Below are positions 55,067 through 64,000 of a stretch of 64,000 bases of DNA, piece by piece. Under the pieces are notes generated by a model. The model made no database searches, was not told the origin of the DNA, and saw only the letters and a list, made by a program, of their open reading frames with translations. Each line of letters opens with the position of its first letter. Position 1 is the first letter of the stretch. Location: the NCBI RefSeq assembly GCF_963921235.1, contig NC_086108.1, positions 56,484,001 to 56,548,000 on the forward strand, read 5' to 3'. This stretch comes from Mobula hypostoma (lineage: Eukaryota). A program made the translations under genes and the position numbers.

Positions 55067-56237
55067 CAATCATCATGGCTTGGCTTCGCGAACGAAGATT
55101 TAGGAACAGGCTGCCCATGTCTGCTGCAGGCTCGCCGGTGGCTGACGAGGCCAATACGGGACAGGCAGGTCCGGCCACAGCGGCTGCAAGGGAAATTCTG
55201 TTCTGGGTTTGGTGCTGCTGTGTCACGGTTCTTCCTCCCTCTCCTTTTATCTTCAATGCCAGCCCTGCGTGCGTTCTCAAAGGAGGAGACAGACTGGTGA
55301 ATGGTGTGTCGCCAGACCTCGCGATCGGAGGCTAGATTAGACCACTGGCGATGGTCAATGTGACAGGCACCAAGGGATTTCTTCAGAGAATCCTTCGGTG
55401 CCCCTCTGTCACGGTGGCCAGTGGAGAGTTCGCCACACAGCACAATATTGGGATGATCCTCCATCCTGGAGACGTGTCCTGCCCAACGCAGCTGCGTCTT
55501 CAACAGCATGGCCTCGATGCTGGTGACCTCCGCCTGTTCGAGGACTTTGATGCTAATGATGAAGTCATTCCAGTGGATGTTGAGGATAGTGCGAAGGCAG
55601 CGCTGGTGGAAACGCTCAAGGAGTCGTAGGTGGTGACGGTAGGTCGTCCAAGACTCAGAGCCGTACAGGAGGGTGGTCAGTACAACGGCTCTGTACATGC
55701 TGATCTTTGTGCCTTTCTTCAAATGTTTGTTGTTCCAGACTCTTTCGTACAGCCTGCTGAATGCGCTGTTTGCCTTTGCCAGTCTGTGTCAATCTCTTTG
55801 TTGATCTTGGCATCTGACGAAATGGTGCACCCCAGGCAGTTGAACTGGTGGACTGTCTTCAGCTCTACCTCACCGATGGTGATGTGGGGAGGGTGGTAAT
55901 CTTCCTGAGGTGTGGGCTGATGGAGAACTTCTGTCTTCTTCAAGCTGACTTCCAGTCTGAAGAGCTCGGCAGCCTCTGCGAAGCAGGATGTTATACGCTG
56001 CAGGGCTGTCTCTGTGTGGGCAACAAGGGCAGCACTGTCGGCGAAGAGTAGCTCTCGGATGAGTTGCTCCACTGTCTTGGTGTGGGATTGTAGTAGCCTC
56101 AGGTTGAACAGGCTGCCATCGGTGTGGTATCAGATGTAGGCATCGTCCTCGTCATCAAGGTCTTCTGTGGCCCTTTCGAGCATCATGCTGAAGAAGATGG
56201 TGAAGACGTCCTCATGCCCACTCTCTTCACCATCTTC
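55067..56237 (-). mobile_element. 5'-truncated RTE (BovB-like) LINE with TSD and a short 5' inversion
   Basis: LLFADSAAL, LLYGSESWT, QLRWAGHV and a C2H2 finger CSRC...H...C; (gat)n tail; 11-bp TSD taacttgaaat (55056-55066, 56238-56248). Confidence 0.92.
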
Positions 56238-57119
56238 TAACTTGAAATACTGACAATGTTGAAGCTCAAATCTTTCCAAGATTGTATAACATTTATTATT
56301 TTAAAAGTTTATGGATTACATTCATGTAATTAATTTCAGGGTATTTCACAATTATATGAATAGATTTCAAAATTATATCCTACAGAAAATTCCAGCTGTG
56401 CAGCAACAAAGGCTATGTCCGTGGGAGCATTTCAGTTACCGCATGGGCACTCACCAGCTTAGAGGGAACAGTGGCCACCTCTGACATGAAGGAAACACTT
56501 GACCAAGTGCAGCATTAAGCTCATATAAAACCAAAATTAAATGTCAAAAGGAAAAATACACACCAAATGTTTGGAATAAATTGCACCAAAGAAGATGTAC
56601 ATGGTGGATGGAGGTCAATCATCCCAGCTTGAGGGCATTACTGAAGGAGTTTCTCACAGGAGTATCCTAAGCCTAACCATCTTCGGCTGCTTCAATACTC
56701 CTTCTTCTATCACAAGGTTAAAAATGGAGAGGTTACTGATGACTGCACCATCTTAGTTCCATTTGCAGCACCTCAACACATCAGCCAGTCTATACTTGCA
56801 TGCAGGAAAACAACATTCCATCACAGGCAGATAAATAACAATTCAGCCACAAAACTGCCAGGCAATGTCCATGTCTAATTTAAATGGCCTGAACACCTAC
56901 TCTTAACATTCAATTGTTCAGGAATCTCCAAGCCCTATTTATTAACATCGTGGGACTCCCCATTAACAAAAAAACTCCAACTGGGCCAGCCTCAAGTTCT
57001 ATAGCTGCAAGAAAAGGCCAGACATTACCTTTCCTGCCACAAGTAACACATCAGCCCAAAGCCTTTTCACCATTTACAAGTCACAGATTAAGATAATAAC
57101 GTTATACTTTCTAATTGGG

Positions 57120-58170
57120 AAACTAGTGAGCTGGATTCAAAATTAGTTTGATGATACAAAGCAGAAGATGGTTGAAGGTAGATTCTCTAACTGGAGGCCT
57201 GTCACCAGTGGGGTGCCCCAGGGATCAGTGTTGAAACCTATATTAATCATTATATGTAAATGATTTTATATGAATGTAAATAGCATGATTAACAAGTCTG
57301 ATGATGACACTAAATTAGACATTCTTGATAACAGTGAATCAGGCTACAAGGAATTGCAAAGATACTTTGATCATTTAGGGAAATGAACTGATAAATGGCA
57401 AATTAATTTCAACTTGGATAAGTCTTGGGCATTTTTGACATTCTAACCAGGGTAGGACGTATACAGTGAACGATAGGGCGCTGACGTGCTGAGGAACAGA
57501 GTATATGCAGAGTTCACGGAAAGCAGTCATTCAAGTAGACAGGGTGGTGAAGGAGTTGTTTAGCATTCCAGCCTTCATCACTCAGAGCATCAAGTCTGAG
57601 TTGGGACTTTACACGGCAGCTACACAAATCTTAGATGAGGTGACACTTGGAGTACTGTGTACAGTACTGGTCACCCGTTATTGGAAAAGCATTGGCTAAC
57701 TGAAGGTGATGCTGAAGAGATTTACAAGAATACTGCCTGGACTGTAGAGCCCAGTAATAGGGAGAGGGTGATCATAATGCAGCACAGGAGCAAGGGGTGA
57801 TTACATGAAGTTTACAAAATCATGAGAAATATGGATAAGGAAGATGGCCATAATCTTTTCCCCAGGGTTGTGGAGGCCAAAATTAGAAGGCTCAGATACA
57901 AGATAAGTGGGGAGAGCTTTAAAAAGGGACTTGAAAGGTAACTTCTGATAGTTTACACAACTGATAGTGAGGACCTGGAAAGAGCTGCAAGAGCATGTGA
58001 TCAAGGTAGGTACAAATGCAACAAAAGAGGCATTTGACTAGGTACAAGGAAGGGAAGCACCTGGAAGGTTATGGCCCCGAATCTACGCAACTGGGACTGG
58101 AAGGAAGGGTGCTGTAGTCAGCATGGGCCATTTGGCTTGAAAAGCCTGTTTCCTTGCTTTGTTCTACGAT
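57120..58170 (+). mobile_element. Decayed CR1 RT / 3' end
   Basis: gtcaccagtggggtgccccagggatcagtg (GVPQGSV), DDTK and LEYC motifs. Confidence 0.8.
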
Positions 58171-58784
58171 CCAGTTGAAATAAGTAAAATGCTAAGTACA
58201 AATCTCCATACAGAAAGTTACTGCAGCCTGGAAAAGTTCTGTCATAGGACTTGCTTGAAATAAATCAATATATCAGTTAAAATAATGTTAGTATATGAAG
58301 CAGAGAGATAACAAGGATACTGGGAGAGTGCAGGACAATGCTTATATGATTAATAATAGGCACAGTATATATTTACATAAAATTTAACTCCTTTAATTTT
58401 ATGGATTCTTTCAAAAGATTACCTATTGCTCTACATTCTCAACACACTTGTTCTGGTGACACTGGTACAACTTTTACTGCACGCCTTGAAAGAAAATCAA
58501 AAAGCTCCAAAAAACAAACCTGTGTTAAAGCAACACTGCTTTTGTATTCATAATTACATTACCTAATCTACAATATTACAGTGGGCTATGTCTGCCTATC
58601 AAGTATCCTTCATAATAACCTAATGTTTAAAATAACTACCTTTCTTAGCAGGTTAATTATACAATGTGAATGATAAATAAGCATTTAAAATACAAGTTTG
58701 CCTTTTAAAAAATTCCCCACTTTGCTCAAGCTTTAAGTGCATTTGATCTGGACAAGCCTCTCTGAATAACCTTTATTTGGTGCT

Positions 58785-61510
58785 CAAATGGAAACCAAGG
58801 CATATGATTTAGTGGCCATTGCAGAAACCTGGTTGCAAGGTGGAGATGACTGGGAATTAAATATCCAAGGGTATCAGGTAATATGAAAAGATAGGCAGGA
58901 AAACAAAGGAGGTGGGGTGGCTCTCTTAATTAAGGATGAGATCAGGGTGATTGTGAGAGACGATGTAAGATCTAGAAAGCAGAATGTTGAGTCCATCTGG
59001 GTAGAGATTAAGAATAGTAAAGGAAAAAAAAAAATCACTGGTGGGAGTTGTCTATAGGCCACCTAATAAAAATATTGCAGTGGCAGAGGCGATCAACCAA
59101 GAAATAACTGAGGCTTGTAAGAATGGAACAGCAGTTGTCATAGGGGATTTTAACTTCCACATAGATTGGGTGAATCAGGTTGGTCAAGGAAGTCTTGAGG
59201 AGGACTTCATAGAATGTATCTGTGATAGCTTTCTTGAGCAGTACGTTAGTGAACCTACAAGGGAAAATGCTATCTTAGATCTAGTCCTGTGCAATGAGAC
59301 AGGTAAGATTAACAATTTTGTAGTCAGGGATCCTCTTGGAAAGAGTGATCATAGTATGATTAAATTTTGCATCAAATGGAGGATGAAATAGTTAGATCTA
59401 AAGCTAGTGTATTATGCTTGAACAAGGGAGACTACAACAGGATGAGGGAGGAGTTGGCTAATGTGGATTGGGAGCACAGGCTATTTGGTAGGACAGATGA
59501 CGAACAGTAGAATACTTTCAAGGAGATTTTTCACAGTGTTCAACAAAAGTATATTCCAGTCAAAAGCAAGGACATTAAGTGTGGGGAGAGCCAGCCTTGG
59601 ATAACTAATGAAATAAAAGATAGTATCAAACTAAAAGCTCATGTGTACAAAGTCACAAAGAGTAGTGGGAGACTGGAGGATTGGGAAAACATTAAAAAGC
59701 AACAAAGAACAACTAAACAAGAAATAAGGAAAGGGAAGATAGAGTATGAAAGTAAATTAGCACAAAATATAAAAACAGATAGCAGAAGTTTTTATACGTT
59801 TGTAAATATATAAAGCAGAAGAGGGTGGCTAAAGTCAACGAAGGTCCCTTGGAAGACGATAAGGGGAAACTGATACTGGGTGACAAGGAAATGGCTGAGG
59901 CATCCAATGACTATTTTGTGTCGGTCTTCACACTGAAGGACACGTGTAATATGCCAAAGAATGATGTTATGGACAATATGGGAGGTGAGGACTTCGATAA
60001 AAAAATCACTGTCACTAAAGAGATAGTGATGAGCAAACTAGAGGGCCTGAAGGTAGGTAAGTCCTCTGGTCCTGATGGGATGCATCCCAGGGTGCTGAGC
60101 GAATTGGCAGAGGTTATAGTAGACGCATTGGTAATCATTTACCAAAACTCTCTAGACTCTGGGCAGGCCCCAGCGGATTGGAAGACAGCGAACGTCACGT
60201 CACTTTTTAAAAAAGGATGTAGGCAAAAGACGGGCAACGCTTAACATCTGTAGTCAGGAAAATGCTTGAAGCTGTTATTAAGGAAGAAATAGTGAAACAT
60301 TTAGAAAGGAGTGGTTCCATTAGACAGATGCAGCATGGATTCAGAAAGGGCAGGTCCTATTTGGCAAACTTACTGGAGTTCATTGAAGACATAATGAGTG
60401 CAGTGGATAGAGGGGAACAGGTGGATGTCGTATACTTGGATTTCCAGAAGGCGTTCGATAAGGTGTCGCACAAGAGACTTATAAATAAGATACGGATGCA
60501 TGGAGCTAGAGTAAGTGTATTGGCATGGATAGTGGATTGGTTAACCAATATAAGCCAGAGAGTTGGTATAAATGGGTGTTTCTCTGGTTGGCAGTCAGTG
60601 GTGAGTGGGGTGCCGCAGGGGTCGGTGCTGGGCCCGCAGCTGTTTACCATTTACATTGATGATTTGGAAGACGGGACTGAGTATAGCGTAGCAAAACTTG
60701 CTGATGACACTGAGTGGAAAAGCAAATTGTACAGAGGATGTGGAGAGTCTGCAAAGGGATATAGATAGGTATCTATAGGTTGTGCAGAAGGACTTGGGAG
60801 TGCTTGTGCATGAATCGCAGAAAGGTGGCTTGCAGATACAACAGGTTATTAAGGCGGCAAATGGAATGTTGGCCTTCATTGCTAGAAGGATTGAATTCAA
60901 GAGCAGGGAGGTCATGCTGCAATTATACAGGGTACTGTTGAGGCCACACTTGGAGTACTGTGTGCTGTTCTGGTCTCCATACTTGAGGAAGGATATATTG
61001 GCTTTGGAGGCAGTGCAGAGGAAGTTCACCAGGTTGATTCCAGGGATGAAGGGGTTAACCTATGAGGAGCCATTGAGTCGCCTAGGACTATACTCCCTGG
61101 AATTCAGAAGAATGAGAGGCGCTCTTATAGAAACATACAAAATTTTGAAAGAGACAGATAAGATAGAAGTAGTAAAGTTGTTTCCATTGGTGGGCGAGAC
61201 TAGAACTAGGGGAAAATGCCTCAAGATTCAGGGGAGAAGATTTAGGACGGAGATGAGGAGAAACTTTTTCCCCCAGAGAGTGATGAATCTGTGGAATTCT
61301 CTGCCCAAGGAAGCAGTTGAGGCTTCTTCACTAAATATATTTAAGATACAGTTAGGTAGATTTTTACGCAGTAGGGGAATTAAGGGTTATGGGGAAAAGG
61401 CAGGTCGATGCAGCTGAGTTTACGGACGGATCAGCCATGACCTTATTGAATGGCGGGGCAGGCTCGATGGACCGGATGGTCTACTCCTGCTCCTATTTCT
61501 TTTGTTCTTA
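58785..61510 (+). mobile_element. CR1 LINE, near-complete ORF2 (endonuclease + RT) with frameshifts
   Basis: [47 protein letters not shown] and RPHLEYC motifs; CR1 3' tail. Confidence 0.93.
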
Positions 61511-61589
61511 TAAGGGTTAGCACCATTTTTTGTTTATTTCAAAAAGTACGCAAAACATTCATGACCAAAGAGGTTAATACTGTTCTGCG

Positions 61590-63325
61590 TACTTCCATCC
61601 CCCATCAGGAAGGTCTCAAAGCTCTATGCTTCTTTTTGGATTCCAGACCTAATCAGTTCCCCTCTACCACCACTCTGCTCCGTCTAGCGGAATTAGTCCT
61701 TACTCTTAATAATTTCTCCTTTGGCTCCTCCCACTTCCTCCAAACTAAAGGTGTAGCTATGGGCACCTGTATGGGTCCTAGCTATGCCTGTCTTTTTGTT
61801 GGGTTTGTGGAACAATCTATGTTCCGTGCCTATTCTGGTATCTGTCCCCCACTTTTCCTTCGCTACATCGACGACTGCATTGGCGCTGCTTCCTGCACGC
61901 ATGCAGAACTCGTTGACTTTATTAACTTTGCCTCCAACTTTCACCCTGCCCTCAAGTTTACCTGGTCCATTTCCGACACCTCCCTCCCCTTTCTAGATCT
62001 TTCTGTCTCTGTCTCTGGAGACAGCTTATCCACTGATGTCTACTATAAGCCTACTGACTCTCATAGCTATCTGGACTATTCTTCTTCTCAACCTGTCTCT
62101 TGCAAAAACGCCATCCCCTTCTCGCAATTCCTCCATCTCCGCCGCATCTGCTCTCAGGATGAGGCTTTTCATTCTAGGACGAGGGAGATGTCTTCCTTTT
62201 TTTAAAGAAAGGGGCTTCCCTTCCTCCACTATCAACTCTGCTCTTAAACGCATCTCCCCCATTTCACGTACATCTGCTCTCACTCCATCCTCCCACCACC
62301 CCACTAGGAATAGGGTTCCCCTGGTCCTCACCTACCACCCCACCAGCCTCTGGGTCCAACATATTATTCTCCGTAACTTTCGCCACCTCCAACGGGATCC
62401 CACCACTAAGCACATCTTTCCCTCCCCCCCCCTCTGCATTCCACAGGGATCGCTCCCTACACAACTCCCTTGTCCATTCGTCCCCCCCATCCCTCCCCAC
62501 TGATCTCCCTCCTGGCACTTATCCGTGTAAGCGGAACAAGTGCTACACATGCCCTTACACTTCCTCCCTTACCACCATTCAGGGCCCCAAACAATCCTTC
62601 CAGGTGAGGCATCACTTCACCTGAGAGTCGACTGGGGTGATATACTGCGTCCAGTGCTCCCGATGTGGCCTTTTATATATTGGCGAGACCCGACGCAGAC
62701 TGGGAGAACGCTTTGCTGAACATCTACGCTCTGTCCGCCAGAGAAAGCAGGATCTCCCAGTGGCCACACATTTTAATTCCACATCCCATTCCCATTCTGA
62801 CATGTCTATCCACGGCCTCCTCTACTGTAAAGATGAAGCCACACTCAGGTTGGAGGAACAACACCTTATATTCCGTCTGGGTAGCCTCCAACCTGATGGC
62901 ATGAACATCGACTTCTCTAACTTACGCTAAGGCTCCACCTCCCCCTCGTACCCCATCTGTTACTCATTTTTATGCACACATTCTTTCTCTCACTCTCCTT
63001 TTTCTCCCTCTGTCCCTCTGAATATACCTCTTGCCCATCCTCTGGGTCACCCTCCCCCCTTTGTCTTTCTTCCCGGACCTCCTGTCCCATGATCCTCTCG
63101 TATCCCCTTTTGCCTATCACCTGTCCAGCTCTCGGCTCTATCCCTCCCCCTCCTGTCTTCTCCTATCATTTTGGATCTCCCCCTCCCCCTCCAACTTTCA
63201 AATCCCTTACTCACTCTTCCTTCAGTTAGTCCTGACGAAGGGTCTCGGCCTGAAACGTCGACTGCACCTCTTCCTATAGATGCTGCTTGGCCTGCTGCGT
63301 TCACCAGCAACTTTGATGTATGTTA
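61590..63325 (+). mobile_element. Penelope-like element (RT + GIY-YIG endonuclease + pseudo-LTR), 5' truncated
   Basis: QTKGVAMGT.MGPSYA, RYIDD, LPFLDL, YYKPT; VIYC.QC..C...YIGET.R.L.ERF.EH...HFN GIY-YIG; CT-rich 3' region. Confidence 0.93.
63228..63263 (+). ncRNA. Minimal type I hammerhead ribozyme in the Penelope pseudo-LTR
   Basis: agtc CTGACGA agggtctcggcct GAAA cgtc gact, identical to 43339-43374. Confidence 0.75.
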
Positions 63326-64000
63326 CTACAATGGGAGTTGTGTTGTCACAGCTGTTCTTCCCCTGAAAGCTGGGGCCATTACTCAAATCAGGCTAAAATT
63401 CAAAAGACAGTCAGCAAAATCATTACCAGAGGAAGAAGTCAGCTGCTATGACTGGTTATGGCCCATATTTGTGTAATCCATAACCCAAAATAAAGACAAG
63501 CACATCTCTAAACCAATGCTCAAATTTCCCATCCAATATACTCTACCATACAGGCTTCTCGATGGAACAGATGGCCAATGATAAAAGTGATAAAAGGTGA
63601 GCAATGTTTTAAAGGCAGTTGCAACATACGTAAATGTACAGCCAAGGCGTACACTAAGTTATCATTACTTCAAGGAAGGAATAATGAGAGGCAAGGAAGA
63701 GTTCCCATAGAGTGTTAGAACATCAGAAGAAAGCAAATAGGACTGTTCAGGGAGATAAAGACAAAGGAAGCAGAATAAATTGTGCAAATGAAAACACAGA
63801 GGTTGCCCACAACTGAGAACTCATCCATAGCCCAATGAAGAAACTTAGTATCAATGTCTTTGTTTTCAACAATTTACTAGGGTTTTTATCGAAGCTACAT
63901 TTCATTATCTGCATGGACTTAACTGCAGCTCAGCAGATCTTTTAAAAAGTAATTTTTAACATGACTGTGAACCTCAATGAGATTATTATTTTCTATCTAG

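Noticed and set aside
53004..64000. Next upstream SLC35D1 exon (...TAANGAYVKQKLDSK)
   Set aside because: Not found by eye; it probably lies beyond position 64000

Overview
Eukaryotic, repeat-dominated vertebrate DNA, most likely a cartilaginous fish (ray or shark; inferred from the CR1, V-SINE and Penelope repeat content). Two host genes face each other tail to tail. The last coding exon and 3' UTR of MIER1 lie on + (555-931), and the last five coding exons of the nucleotide-sugar transporter SLC35D1 lie on - (53003 down to the stop at 35877). The rest is mostly decayed CR1 LINEs plus BEL/Pao, Gypsy, Penelope, RTE, Rex1, hAT, Tigger, Tc1 and MITE elements, several of them nested. The most notable observations are: (1) a Gypsy-type LTR element (about 13370-20072) in which an intronless RBM25 fragment encoding the RRM sits where pol should be; (2) minimal type I hammerhead ribozymes in Penelope pseudo-LTRs, including a ~250-bp fold-back in an SLC35D1 intron where only the host-sense copy has catalytic-core mutations; (3) a candidate 62-nt poison exon in SLC35D1. 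Gene and family calls come from motif recognition and recalled homology, not database searches. Boundaries of decayed repeats are approximate.
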